From a virus, in IMG/VR virus record IMGVR_UViG_3300017917_001839, positions 32,001-96,000 of that record: 64,000 bases of DNA, one strand, 5' to 3'. The notes under the pieces were generated by a model. That model saw nothing but the letters and a program-made list of their open reading frames with translations. It was not told the DNA's origin and searched no databases. The position numbers and the translations under genes were made by a program. Shown here in pieces: positions 8,793 through 19,320 of this stretch. Each line of letters opens with the position of its first letter. Position 1 is the first letter of the stretch.

Positions 8793-10334
8793 TTAATCCG
8801 CAGTGTGTACCTTTACACCGTAATAGGCTGCAAATGCTTCTGCATCGGCAACTGTGTTAACAATAGGTTGGCCTTTGATATTAAGACTGGTATTAACCAG
8901 CATTGGACAACCAGTTTTATTATAAAACTTAGTTAGTAGTTCGTATAGTCCTGGATGCTGTGTTTTGTTTACTGTTTGTACACGGCTAGTACCGTCTGCG
9001 TGAATAATAGCAGGAAATAGATCTGGGTGACGGCAACGAGCAACAAACTGCATATACGGGCTACTGCTATCTGGTGTAGGCATATCAAAGTAATTGTGTG
9101 CGTGTTCTTCTAGTATGACGGGAGCAAACGGACGGAACTTCTGACGCTGTTTAATGGCGTTCATCCTGTCTTTAATATCACCTCCTCGTGGGTCTGCTAA
9201 TAGGCTACGGTTACCCAGTGCTCTGGGACCAAATTCAGCCCGACCGTTTGCTATCCCAAAGATTTCACCACGCTCTAAAGATTGTAGTGCTTTCTTTACA
9301 GGATACTTACCTGGAATATTGTAACCCAAATAAGGACCCTGCCATTCTACTCTTTTAGCTGTAATATTATAGTAGTGTAATGCTGCCGCGCCTAAGCTAC
9401 TGCCAGCATCGCCTGGATTAGGCATGATATGAATATTTTTAAATATTTCAAACAAACGGCTGTTGGCTACACAGTTAAGTGCAACCCCGCCCATGAACAC
9501 AAGATTATCCGTGCCAACTTCAGTGGCAGCATAACGTGCATAAGATAAAATACGATCTTCAACTACCATCTGCGCTGCCATAGCAATAGTAAACTCGTCG
9601 TAGCCTTCTAGCTCACCGGGAATTAAACCACGCTGTAGATTACATTTGCCTACAATTGACTCGCGTGGATTGGTATGAGGGTGTGTATGCTTAAAGTATC
9701 TACTGGACATAATGTTAGCCAGCTGTGACGCTTTTACAGGATTACCGTATGCTGCCATGCCCATTAAGATATATTCATCTTCGTTGGGCTTAAGCCCAAC
9801 ATAGTGTGTAACTGCACTGTAGAATAAACCTAGACTGCTGGGAAACTTTGTGCTGTGCTTTTTCTTTAACTTACCATTGCGCCAACTCCAGATACTAGCA
9901 GTATCAAACTCGCCAATAGCGTCCAACACCATAACTGCACATTCGTCGAACTCTGATGTTAGTACGCCAGCAGCGGCATGCGTTTCATGATGCAAATATT
10001 GGAATGTGGGAACAAGACCAATCTCGTCTCCGATGATCTGATATGATAGTTCTGGATAAAAGTCTCGTACCCATTGCTGTTGGCTGGGCTCTTTGAGTGC
10101 GCTCCAGTTACCAGCACGAATTAGTCGTAGTTTTTTAAGCCAATTAGTTTCGTGATATGCGATAGCGTCTGGTCTGCCAAATTGCAGTGCATCCGCAATT
10201 AGTTTGCGGTTTAAAAATCTATCGTTTTTATCGCCACTGTAACGCTCCGCGTGAGCAGCAAAAAGAATTTTACCATCTTCTACTACTGCTACACTAGCAT
10301 CGTGAAACATGCTACTGATGCCTAGAATTCTCAT
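8793..10334 (-). CDS. O-carbamoyltransferase, NodU/CmcH/TobZ family
   Basis: Motifs HDAS, HHETHA, DAIGE, GGVALN, GDAG, EFGPRALGNRS, FRPFAP, DGTSRVQTV, NTSLN. Confidence 0.95.
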   Translation of the reverse strand: MRILGISSMFHDASVAVVEDGKILFAAHAERYSGDKNDRFLNRKLIADALQFGRPDAIAYHETNWLKKLRLIRAGNWSALKEPSQQQWVRDFYPELSYQIIGDEIGLVPTFQYLHHETHAAAGVLTSEFDECAVMVLDAIGEFDTASIWSWRNGKLKKKHSTKFPSSLGLFYSAVTHYVGLKPNEDEYILMGMAAYGNPVKASQLANIMSSRYFKHTHPHTNPRESIVGKCNLQRGLIPGELEGYDEFTIAMAAQMVVEDRILSYARYAATEVGTDNLVFMGGVALNCVANSRLFEIFKNIHIMPNPGDAGSSLGAAALHYYNITAKRVEWQGPYLGYNIPGKYPVKKALQSLERGEIFGIANGRAEFGPRALGNRSLLADPRGGDIKDRMNAIKQRQKFRPFAPVILEEHAHNYFDMPTPDSSSPYMQFVARCRHPDLFPAIIHADGTSRVQTVNKTQHPGLYELLTKFYNKTGCPMLVNTSLNIKGQPIVNTVADAEAFAAYYGVKVHTAD

Positions 10335-10338
10335 GATA

Positions 10339-10509
10339 TTATCTGTAAATAAATGGGTCGCGCTTGCGTAGTTCTTCTAGCTTCTTTTTAAGCTCTGCTT
10401 CTTCGGCTTCTGTGAGTTCTAAGTTAACATCTGTTGTATTATCTGACGCTGGATGTACATCACCGTGTCCATCAACAAATTGTTTATTGTCTTTATTCTG
10501 CTGGTTCAT
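10339..10509 (-). CDS. Small protein, 56 aa (MNQQNKD...KKKLEELRKRDPFIYR); not in the ORF track
   Basis: Translated by hand; fills the gap and ends 4 nt before the carbamoyltransferase start. Confidence 0.75.
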   Translation of the reverse strand: MNQQNKDNKQFVDGHGDVHPASDNTTDVNLELTEAEEAELKKKLEELRKRDPFIYR

Positions 10510-10660
10510 CGCTGGGTTCCTGTGGTTCCGCTTCTGCTGTAGCTGGTTTTGCGGCTGCTACTACAGTGGCCGGATCTTCCTTAAAGAAGTAATTGCCTGC
10601 TGCAATAATGCCAACTATGGCTGCTACAAATAATACCTTAGGCAATACGCTCTTAAGCAT
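10493..10660 (-). CDS. Small membrane-anchored protein, 55 aa (MLKSVLPKVLFVAAIVGIIAAGNYFF...EPAE); not in the ORF track
   Basis: Translated by hand; N-terminal hydrophobic helix and Ala/Pro/Glu tail; overlaps both neighbours; GAGGA upstream. Confidence 0.7.
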   Translation of the reverse strand: MLKSVLPKVLFVAAIVGIIAAGNYFFKEDPATVVAAAKPATAEAEPQEPSDEPAE

Positions 10661-11279
10661 ATACTGCTATCCTCTCTGCTTGCATGAATCCTAATAATTC
10701 ATTTGCTATATATTTGTGTACCACCGAGTCAGCATGTTTGGTATTGGAAAAATGACTGGGCATAATACCTAAATATTTTTCAATAATTCCGCTGTGTGGC
10801 ATGTAGTACTTATTCTTATTCATTGCTAGCCACACAGGATGCTGGCAGTCTTTGGGTATGCTGTTAAACATATTGCAATAGACATAGGGTATTTCGCGCT
10901 GTTCCAAATATAACTGTAAGCTATATTGATACACCAGTGTAGACTCTAGACCAAAATTCCAATCAGCTAAGTGTAGATCAGCATAGCGATAGAACTTTTC
11001 TAAGTCAGGATTGCTGCTGGTTTTGTCTAGGGTGTAGTCCTGTACTGTGCCATCAAAACAGAATTCAAAACGCTCGTGTGTGCTCCAGCCAATTACCACG
11101 AGCTCAGGTGAGGGATTAGTTTCCAACCATTCCATTGTTGTTCGCAGTATTCTGTGATTTCCGCCGCCTGGGTGTGCAATATTTGTTACTTGCATGTTTA
11201 ATGCTTCAGCTATATATTCTACATAGTTGCGAGGACTTTCACTGCCTGCTGTATGGCTGCACCCATTTGCAAATATCAT
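10653..11279 (-). CDS. SGNH/GDSL-like hydrolase or acyltransferase
   Basis: Block I-like NGCSHT, then GGGN, and a C-terminal His (TKHAD..H). Confidence 0.6.
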   Translation of the reverse strand: MIFANGCSHTAGSESPRNYVEYIAEALNMQVTNIAHPGGGNHRILRTTMEWLETNPSPELVVIGWSTHERFEFCFDGTVQDYTLDKTSSNPDLEKFYRYADLHLADWNFGLESTLVYQYSLQLYLEQREIPYVYCNMFNSIPKDCQHPVWLAMNKNKYYMPHSGIIEKYLGIMPSHFSNTKHADSVVHKYIANELLGFMQAERIAVYA

Positions 11280-12007
11280 AGTCTATCCCTTATATATTCA
11301 ATCAATTCTGCATTGGCCAGTGGGCCTAAATGATTAGGGTGTTCATCACCTACAGGACGGCGCCACCAGGTATGGTCCGGCAGATCGCCTTTGTAATACT
11401 TTGCACACATGCCACTTAAGTAAAACTCTGTGCATAAATGCCCCGTTTCAGGAGCATGGAATTTGTACACACGCGACTGTATGTGTTCTGGCACTTGTTG
11501 AGCAAACTCAGTATCAAAACAATAAAAATGGAACAATTTACTTTTAACATCTTTTAACAAATTGTCAACAGCATTCACGCTCATATTGTATGCATTAAAA
11601 CGTTCATAGTCATTGTATATGTGCATGAAAAACAACTTAGATGCTTCGTGCATTTTAGATTCGTTAATAGGATCGTAATCTGTATAGTGTCGCAATGGCT
11701 TGCCTAGCCCGTCCTTGGATCTTGCATACTGACTCCAAGTGATTATTACTAAATCAGTTTCTGTTAATTTATTGCGAGACAAGAAGTTTGACAATTGCCA
11801 AAACACATCAGACGGGCCAGTGCCCGGGCTGCCCACATGCATAACAGGTGCATCAAGCTGATCAGACAACTCATCTATCCAGCTAATATTAGAACCCCAG
11901 TGCTTGTTGGTCCACGCTTGATAGGCGGTGTCACCAGCATAGTAATTTCTTGAATCTGCTACAAAGCTATCGCCAAAGCACAGTATTCTTTTAATTGTTG
12001 CGCCCAT
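11276..12007 (-). CDS. SGNH/GDSL-like hydrolase or acyltransferase
   Basis: FGDSF, GSPGTG, C-terminal HPNHLG. Confidence 0.6.
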   Translation of the reverse strand: MGATIKRILCFGDSFVADSRNYYAGDTAYQAWTNKHWGSNISWIDELSDQLDAPVMHVGSPGTGPSDVFWQLSNFLSRNKLTETDLVIITWSQYARSKDGLGKPLRHYTDYDPINESKMHEASKLFFMHIYNDYERFNAYNMSVNAVDNLLKDVKSKLFHFYCFDTEFAQQVPEHIQSRVYKFHAPETGHLCTEFYLSGMCAKYYKGDLPDHTWWRRPVGDEHPNHLGPLANAELIEYIRDRL

Positions 12008-13295
12008 ACATCAATTCCCAAAGCTCAGGTATAGCACTGCTCATGCTTTCATTACGCTGTCGGTCCAACATCTGTGTATATTTTTTAAATATGGCCAGTT
12101 GCTGTTCCCAATCCTCATGTCGGTTTTCTTTTAGTGCGCGAATTAATGCGTTAATTGCTTGTAGGTTGCTTTCGCGCTTTACAAGAATCTTACTGGTAGG
12201 AATCCATGCTTCTAATCGTTCCACTGCTACACTACGTACACTATCTGGCAGGTTACGGAAGTCTAGACTGCGCGGATAATCACAGATTAAGAAAGTTAGG
12301 TGTATTTCTCGATTATACTCTTGTTCTAGGCTTTCGCAATAGTCCAATAATTTTGTAATATCTAGAATATTGTATATTTGAATTACAGGACTAAACAACA
12401 AGCTACCAACTACTTTACTAGCACAGTAGCGACGAACGTTTTCATCTGTTTGCGTCCAGTGGCTAGCACCGCGAATATATTCATTTAATTCGCCATAAGC
12501 ATCTACGCTAAAGCACATTAACACTTTCTTAAATTGTTCAACTAGATTAATAAAGCGTGGCTTAATGTTGGTCATGTTGCTGTTAAACACCAATTCAATG
12601 TTTTGTGCAATACCCAATTCCACACACTTTTCTAAGATCCAGTATGTGCGTTCAATTAGTGTAGGTTCGCCGCCGGTAAAGTATAGCTTGTTAACACCGG
12701 GTAACCACTCTTCTACTTGACGTAGGAAGTCTGGATCATCCTGCCATGGAGTAATATGATCAGCAAACTGACCCCAAGTAAAGTGATCCTTAATAAACTG
12801 TGCAGCCATAGGATCGTTTTCTTCTATGCGCTTGTATTCCTTTTGAATCTGACTACTGTTTTGTGGTTGGCACATACGACACTTTAGGTTACATAAATTA
12901 CCCAAGCGGAAGTCCAAATACATAGGTGCTTCTTCTACTACATAGTCGTTGTCAATGCTACGCTCAATGCGTTGCATGATACTTTCGCCATGACCACTAT
13001 ACTCAAACCAGTCGCGTATATAGTTAGTGCGATAGCTAGGGAAGCCCATCTTTTCTAAATCGTAGCAGTGTTCACAGCCTTTTACTGTTTCGCCCTCAAT
13101 CATCTGTTTGCGTATCTTACGCATGTGATTGTTGTTCCACACAGTTTCAATCTTATCTCCGCGATTAAGATCAAACATAGTACCGTCATCGTTTTTAAAA
13201 TTGTCGCGAGCAACACAGCACCAACTAACTGTGCCGGTGGGCTGGGTCATTACGTGTATCCACGGATACGGACAAAAGGTTTTACTGTATTCCAT
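11991..13295 (-). CDS. Radical SAM enzyme with N-terminal twitch/SPASM-like domain (1 of 9)
   Basis: CPYPW..WCC..CEHC; CNLKCRMC; GGEP. Confidence 0.9.
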   Translation of the reverse strand: MEYSKTFCPYPWIHVMTQPTGTVSWCCVARDNFKNDDGTMFDLNRGDKIETVWNNNHMRKIRKQMIEGETVKGCEHCYDLEKMGFPSYRTNYIRDWFEYSGHGESIMQRIERSIDNDYVVEEAPMYLDFRLGNLCNLKCRMCQPQNSSQIQKEYKRIEENDPMAAQFIKDHFTWGQFADHITPWQDDPDFLRQVEEWLPGVNKLYFTGGEPTLIERTYWILEKCVELGIAQNIELVFNSNMTNIKPRFINLVEQFKKVLMCFSVDAYGELNEYIRGASHWTQTDENVRRYCASKVVGSLLFSPVIQIYNILDITKLLDYCESLEQEYNREIHLTFLICDYPRSLDFRNLPDSVRSVAVERLEAWIPTSKILVKRESNLQAINALIRALKENRHEDWEQQLAIFKKYTQMLDRQRNESMSSAIPELWELMYGRNN

Positions 13296-14436
13296 CCCAA
13301 TCTCTCTTAATTAATTCATATAATTCCGGAAATGTTTCCGGTAGTTGTTCGCGTCTATGCTGATCTATACGACGAGTAATAGTTAAAAAGTTCTGCCAAT
13401 CTTCTACTGTATAGTGTTCACCATTCATGAAGTTAAGCGTCTTTTGTACGTATTCAGGCGCATTGTGATACTTTATACTTATGCGTTCCTTGATACGTTT
13501 AGGCAATACTTTAGGCGATATATGGCTGGGTGTAAACACCATGTTATAGTGTATGCGTATACCCGGCAAGTGTTCAGCGCAATAATCAGTAAGCTCGGTC
13601 ATTGTAGCAATATTGAATATGCTGAACGTTTGAAATATACCTAATTCAAAAGTCTCCGGTGGCAACTGTGCAAATAATTTCAAATTATTCACTACAGCAT
13701 CAAAGTCCCCAGGGTAACGTATATAGTGAAAACGCTCGCCTACGTCATCTAAGCTAAAGAATATCTCTACCTTTTTAAACTGCTTCCACAGTTCAATTCT
13801 ATGTTCAGGATAAATGCTGCCGTTGGTATTGTAACTAACAGTAATGTCTTTGCTACGCCCTAGCTCTACTGCACGAGTTAATATATCGTAGTGACGTTCT
13901 ATTAGCAGCGGTTCTCCACCATAGAACTCTAACTTCTCTACTGTGTTTAAATATTGATCAATATCTGTCCAAAACTGTTCGTTGCGTTCGGGCCAACGAC
14001 CCAAATGATTAAACATCAATGCTGTCTTATTATTTGGATTAAGTTTAATCTCTTCTGCGGCCCACTGACTGCTGGCAAAGCTACTGCATATTCTGCACTT
14101 GCTGTTGCAGATGTTACCCAGCTTTAGATCCATACTTTTTATACTGGGTTCTGTATGTGTACCCCAGTACGCTAGTTCACGTAGACGTTTGCTCTGTATG
14201 CCGGCTGCTTCTTCGCGCCAGCAGTTATTACATGCACTGGGCTGTTTATTATCTAAAAAGTCTTGCTGTAGATTAGCCAGCCACTCGCTGTTGCGCACAT
14301 CTGTAAACGTATCGCCCTGCGCTAGATTAAAACTACTGCCATCACTTTTACGTGCGTGATCCTGCATAATACAGCATACGCTCATTGTGCCGTCTGTGCG
14401 AGCTTCAAGGTTAATAAATGGCAGCGGGCAACTCAT
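13282..14436 (-). CDS. Radical SAM enzyme with N-terminal twitch domain (2 of 9)
   Basis: CPLPF..VCC..CNNC; CNSKCRIC; GGEP. Confidence 0.9.
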   Translation of the reverse strand: MSCPLPFINLEARTDGTMSVCCIMQDHARKSDGSSFNLAQGDTFTDVRNSEWLANLQQDFLDNKQPSACNNCWREEAAGIQSKRLRELAYWGTHTEPSIKSMDLKLGNICNSKCRICSSFASSQWAAEEIKLNPNNKTALMFNHLGRWPERNEQFWTDIDQYLNTVEKLEFYGGEPLLIERHYDILTRAVELGRSKDITVSYNTNGSIYPEHRIELWKQFKKVEIFFSLDDVGERFHYIRYPGDFDAVVNNLKLFAQLPPETFELGIFQTFSIFNIATMTELTDYCAEHLPGIRIHYNMVFTPSHISPKVLPKRIKERISIKYHNAPEYVQKTLNFMNGEHYTVEDWQNFLTITRRIDQHRREQLPETFPELYELIKRDWDGIQ

Positions 14437-15647
14437 AGATTGGCCAACTCCGGAAATACACTTGCAAAGTCTTCACTGCGCAATTGATCAAACTCTGTGT
14501 TAAAACGTTTAAACTCATCAAACAAGTGTGTATGATCATCATCTAAGAACTTGATAGCACTCTTATAACCTTCTGTAGCGCGACCAATATGATCCTGCGG
14601 TTCTAGCCAACGTAGATGCTTTTCCCACTTATACTTAATTTGTTCTTTAAAGTCCTGTGGCAGGATGCTCATGCGGAAACGTGGATTGTTTAACAGTACG
14701 TTTACATACCAGTCGCCGGCACGTATATAACCTTTTTCTACCCAGCTGCGATGGAAGTCCGGCAAGTGCCACGCATTATATGCACTAACAGTAGAACTAA
14801 CATAGAAATCAATCTCCGGTGCGCGGCTGCGCAATTCTTTGATATTAGCTACTACATCGTTCCAGTCTGTGCCTTTACGCTGATATTCACCACGTGCGCC
14901 TTCTGCGTCTAGGCTAGCACCTACACTGATATGCTTAAAGTTTTTCCATAAATCAATTACACTGTGTTGCTTGTAGCGTAATTTAGTGAAATTAGTATTG
15001 TAGAATATACGAATATCTGTTTTACCCAACTCCACGAGACGATTCATGATGTGCCAATGTTCGTCCATGATAATAGGTTCGCCGCCTGCCCAGTATATCT
15101 GTTCAATGTGCGGCAGCATAGTTTCAAATTCTTCCATAAAGCCCGCAACGTCTTTACGAATTTGGATTACACTCTCTGTAGGTGTTTGGTTAAAGCTACT
15201 CTTTACAGCGTCATGGAACCAGTTACTGCTTAGTTCGGGACCACAGTAACGGCAGCGTAGGTTACATACGTTACTAAAGCGGAAGTCTAAGTATACAATG
15301 TGCAGATCATCTAAGCTACCATCAGGGTTAGTTTTTGCAACCTTATCCCAATGTGGCTCTAGCCAGTCTCTGTTACTGCGAACACGTAAGCTGTCGTGGC
15401 CGTACTTTTCTTTTTCATAACAGCGAACACATTCTTTGCAGTGTTTGCCTTCCAACATGTTAAGACGAACTTTACGCATAGCAGGACTATTCCATACTTC
15501 GCGTAAGCTGTTTTCACGCAAGTCGCCTATGTTGGTTTCCCATGGACTGTCACAGCACAGCATGGTTTTGCCATTGGGCCAAGGGTGCATGTGAATCCAA
15601 GGAAGGATACACATGGTCTTGCTGTCTTTGTGGTCTTCAAAATTCAT
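14433..15647 (-). CDS. Radical SAM enzyme with N-terminal twitch domain (3 of 9)
   Basis: CILPW..LCC..CVRC; CNLRCRYC; GGEP; start is 15647 or 15659. Confidence 0.9.
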   Translation of the reverse strand: MNFEDHKDSKTMCILPWIHMHPWPNGKTMLCCDSPWETNIGDLRENSLREVWNSPAMRKVRLNMLEGKHCKECVRCYEKEKYGHDSLRVRSNRDWLEPHWDKVAKTNPDGSLDDLHIVYLDFRFSNVCNLRCRYCGPELSSNWFHDAVKSSFNQTPTESVIQIRKDVAGFMEEFETMLPHIEQIYWAGGEPIIMDEHWHIMNRLVELGKTDIRIFYNTNFTKLRYKQHSVIDLWKNFKHISVGASLDAEGARGEYQRKGTDWNDVVANIKELRSRAPEIDFYVSSTVSAYNAWHLPDFHRSWVEKGYIRAGDWYVNVLLNNPRFRMSILPQDFKEQIKYKWEKHLRWLEPQDHIGRATEGYKSAIKFLDDDHTHLFDEFKRFNTEFDQLRSEDFASVFPELANL

Positions 15648-16881
15648 GCTGTATCCCATGCTTGTTTAACAGCTCTACTAATTCTGGAAATACCGTTCTC
15701 CAGCCCATAGCAGGCAAATGCTGGCGCTGTTTATCTAATTGATCGTTATAGCGGCAAAACTGTGCCCACTTAGCTGGATCCCAGTCACTGTTATCATACA
15801 TGCTGATCACTGTACTAATGTGCTGACTGTTACCGTGTTTGCCGGCTCTATATCGGTTTAATATTTCCTGTCGCACTGGTGGAGGTAGCACACTGGGACT
15901 TAAGAAGTCTGGGTCATAAACAAAGTTCATGTCCACAGGTACTGGTGCCCAGTCTAGGAATTCATCTAAATAAGCAAAATTAAATGCACTAACAGTCTGT
16001 GTAATACGTACAGTTAGATCAGTTTGCATTAGTGCATTTAGATTGGTCTTAACGTCAGCCCAATAAGTAGGATAACGTATATAGTGATTGCGTAGACTTA
16101 GATCGTCGATGCTGGGGCATACGCGAGTTTCTTTAAATTCGCTCCACAGCGGAATAGCCTGCTCGGGTAAGTTGGTCATATTAATATTATACCATAACAC
16201 AATGTTCTTGCTACGACCGCTTTCTACTAGTTTGCGTAGGTACTTCCAGTGTGCTTTGATCAGCGTAGGTTCGCCACCGTTAATATATAACACTTCCATA
16301 TTGGGCGCACAGTTATACAAGTCCTCGTAGAAACTTTCATCCTCGGGCCACTGGAAGTCATGCTTGTGATCTAGCCAACTGTATCCATCGTTAACAAACT
16401 CTAGCGTTTCCACCAATTCTTTATAGTCGCGGCGCCATTGGCTACTACTTGCAGGATTGCAAGTACGACACCGTACATTGCAAACATTACCAAGCCGAAG
16501 CTCAACAAAGCGCAAATCAAGAGGAATCCCCCCGTTAGCGTCAGTACTGCTCCTAGCCCAAGAAAGGCCTCTGTGAGGGTATTGTTCGATCTCGTGTAAA
16601 CGTTTGCTGCGTAATCCTTTATCTTCTTCATCATAACACCTCATACATGCTGCGGGTTTCTCTCCGTCTAGCATTTGTTGTCTAATTTCTTTAAAATAAT
16701 CACTGTTCATATGAGTGTTGATGTTGTGATCATTTAGGTTAAAAAACTCGTCGCGATCCGTGCCATAGTTTCTGGCACGATTCTTTCCTGCTGTGTGATC
16801 GCTGATACAGCAAGGTGTGACACCACCGTGAGGGTGTGTGCCTAAGTGTATCCACGGTAAAGGGCAATAGGTTTTACTCAT
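15637..16881 (-). CDS. Radical SAM enzyme with N-terminal twitch domain (4 of 9)
   Basis: CPLPW..PCC..CMRC; CNVRCRTC; GGEP. Confidence 0.9.
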   Translation of the reverse strand: MSKTYCPLPWIHLGTHPHGGVTPCCISDHTAGKNRARNYGTDRDEFFNLNDHNINTHMNSDYFKEIRQQMLDGEKPAACMRCYDEEDKGLRSKRLHEIEQYPHRGLSWARSSTDANGGIPLDLRFVELRLGNVCNVRCRTCNPASSSQWRRDYKELVETLEFVNDGYSWLDHKHDFQWPEDESFYEDLYNCAPNMEVLYINGGEPTLIKAHWKYLRKLVESGRSKNIVLWYNINMTNLPEQAIPLWSEFKETRVCPSIDDLSLRNHYIRYPTYWADVKTNLNALMQTDLTVRITQTVSAFNFAYLDEFLDWAPVPVDMNFVYDPDFLSPSVLPPPVRQEILNRYRAGKHGNSQHISTVISMYDNSDWDPAKWAQFCRYNDQLDKQRQHLPAMGWRTVFPELVELLNKHGIQHEF

Positions 16882-18206
16882 ATTACTTTCCCTGGTTCTA
16901 GTGCGCCATAGCGCGGATTTAATTTAGCAATATTATGCTCATGTGGATAGTTCATTTTTTTGTTCTTTAGTAATATTGTATATAATTCAGGAAAACATTC
17001 ACGGAAGTTTTCTTTTCTATAAACGTCTCCGGCAATCACTTGTTCAACAAACATGCGCCAACGTACAGCAATTTCGCTTTCTACAGTGTCTGTGGGCAGG
17101 TCGCCGTAGGGCTTAACTGTTTCTTTGCGCGGTGTTAACACAAACTTTACAATACCATCTATGTCACGCTGTATATATTCGTGTGCATAGGTAGCTTCTA
17201 CCAGTGGCTTAACAATATCCGGCTTGCACTCTTCTGGAAATACGTTAGGGTTATACCAGCTGGGATAGAAAGCTGTGTTATGGAATATTCTAAATTCGGG
17301 CCAACGCTCTGCAAATATTTGATGAAACTCTGCTAGGTACATTACATTAAGTGCTGTTACTGTACAAGTAATACCCACGTGCGCTTTCTTATTAACATGC
17401 AATTCATGATAATAATCTAAATTATCACGCACTTCATTCCAGTCTGCACCGTGACGTAGATACTCAAAACGCTTCTTTACTGCGCTGTCTATGCTTACAT
17501 TAAAGCCCACACTGGCAAAGTTCTTTAACATTTTATTCATAAATGTTTTATTCAGTGTAGTGCCGTTGGTGCTGAAGTTTATGTGTACGTTCTCGCTGAT
17601 GCCATCTGCTACTAGTTTATCCACAAATTCACGAAACTCTTTCATGTACAGTGGCTCACCACCCATTACTTCAAGGTAACGTATGTGTGGCAACCAGTCG
17701 TTGATCTCGGTCCAGAAGCGACTGTTTTGCATGTCGTCTAGACTTATATTAACACTTTCTTTAACATAGGGCAAGCCTCTTTCTTCAGCTTCTTTTACCC
17801 ACTTACTGCTATATCCAGGATTGCAACTGCGGCACTTTAGGTTACAGGTAGTGCTGAGAATTAATTGGAAATCCTCTGGCATGTCTGGTTCTTTATCCCA
17901 ATCTATAGGACCATAGCGCCATTCTGCATACTCGTTATATATTTCACGTTTGCTCTTTTTACCGTTGCGCTCGTCTTGCCAGCAAGGTTCACAGTTAGCT
18001 GGTAGTTCGCCCAACCTAATAGCGTTGCGAATATTCTTATAATAGTTGCTGTGAAATATATCACGTACACTGGTCTCACCTAGTGTATAAGGCTTACCAT
18101 TTTCGTCATGTACCCGCTCACGTGCGATGCAACAGGTGCGCACATGCCCCAACGGCTCGTTGCTGATATGCTTCCATAATAGACTGCAATACTTAGGTGC
18201 TGACAT
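16878..18206 (-). CDS. Radical SAM enzyme with N-terminal twitch domain (5 of 9)
   Basis: CSLLW..TCC..CEPC; CNLKCRSC; GGEP. Confidence 0.9.
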   Translation of the reverse strand: MSAPKYCSLLWKHISNEPLGHVRTCCIARERVHDENGKPYTLGETSVRDIFHSNYYKNIRNAIRLGELPANCEPCWQDERNGKKSKREIYNEYAEWRYGPIDWDKEPDMPEDFQLILSTTCNLKCRSCNPGYSSKWVKEAEERGLPYVKESVNISLDDMQNSRFWTEINDWLPHIRYLEVMGGEPLYMKEFREFVDKLVADGISENVHINFSTNGTTLNKTFMNKMLKNFASVGFNVSIDSAVKKRFEYLRHGADWNEVRDNLDYYHELHVNKKAHVGITCTVTALNVMYLAEFHQIFAERWPEFRIFHNTAFYPSWYNPNVFPEECKPDIVKPLVEATYAHEYIQRDIDGIVKFVLTPRKETVKPYGDLPTDTVESEIAVRWRMFVEQVIAGDVYRKENFRECFPELYTILLKNKKMNYPHEHNIAKLNPRYGALEPGKVI

Positions 18207-19320
18207 TGGTTTTGCCTTTGTTATATATTGTATATGCTAATGCGTAATTGTGTTCTAGCACTTCTTGCACTTCGGGGCTGTTGACTTTTTCACTTAATTC
18301 GCTGTAGGGTAAATCTAAATAATATTCAATTTGTTTTAAAATATGATCGCATCTATCATAAAAGTTTTCAATGCTGTCATAGCTTTCATCAAATAATATT
18401 CCATCAAATGTACGGAATCCGCATTCTTTTAAACGCTGTAAACTATGTGGCATACCTAATCTAATAAATGGACGCTTTAATAAAATACATTTAAATAGCT
18501 TTTCTGATAGCACATCTTCTTGCCACCAACTTTGTTCTGATTTAAATTCTAAATACTGCTGGTAATCAATGTTTTCATGTTCTACGTAATCAACTGTAAA
18601 ATCAAATAGCCCACGCAATAGATTCTTATTAAATAATTCCGGGTCACCATTTAACCATGCATTACTGTGATCCTGTGTAGCTGATTCCAGCTTTCCAGGT
18701 AATTCTTTAACTCTGTGCTTGTTATCCCGGAACCATGGATCTGCATCACTTACATTAGCATATAAGAATGTACCCAGTACATTGCTTTGTCTGCTGGTTC
18801 CGTGAACATTATCCAGATACCACTTGACCACATGATTCTTTTGAAACCTAGGACGACCAATAAACAGAGTCATATGCTTGTCGGGATGCACATCAAATAT
18901 TTTACTGTATCCGCTGTCAATGGATCGCGATGCCCAATAGCAAGTGTCATGACTGATCTTCATACGCTTGGATACATTGTTTAGGCTGCACCAAGCATTG
19001 TATGATTTCTTAGCATAGATATTGCCTGATAAAAATTCAATGTTCTCTACTGGATAATCAAATTTATCACACACAGCATGTATTAAACTGAACCAATTGT
19101 TATCCGGATCAGCAAATGTTTGATCTAAGAATAACATTGGTTCAGTAATATAGCTCACTGTGATATGTTTGTTGCTGGCTTTTTTAGAGCTTAGAACTAT
19201 GCGTTCTAAAACTTTTTTAATGCCAACAGGACGTCCACCTGTAACTTTAATATAATAAGAAGCTAGAGCTAAATCCCTAACTTCTATTTTTGGTTTTACA
19301 AGTGTCTCCGTTGCAAACAT
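18193..19320 (-). CDS. Putative glycosyltransferase (GT10/fucosyltransferase-like C-terminus), 375 aa
   Basis: SEKLFK..RPFI..G..L..GFRTF..ESYD resembles the EK motif of the GT10 nucleotide-sugar-binding region; weak assignment. Confidence 0.45.
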   Translation of the reverse strand: MFATETLVKPKIEVRDLALASYYIKVTGGRPVGIKKVLERIVLSSKKASNKHITVSYITEPMLFLDQTFADPDNNWFSLIHAVCDKFDYPVENIEFLSGNIYAKKSYNAWCSLNNVSKRMKISHDTCYWASRSIDSGYSKIFDVHPDKHMTLFIGRPRFQKNHVVKWYLDNVHGTSRQSNVLGTFLYANVSDADPWFRDNKHRVKELPGKLESATQDHSNAWLNGDPELFNKNLLRGLFDFTVDYVEHENIDYQQYLEFKSEQSWWQEDVLSEKLFKCILLKRPFIRLGMPHSLQRLKECGFRTFDGILFDESYDSIENFYDRCDHILKQIEYYLDLPYSELSEKVNSPEVQEVLEHNYALAYTIYNKGKTNVST

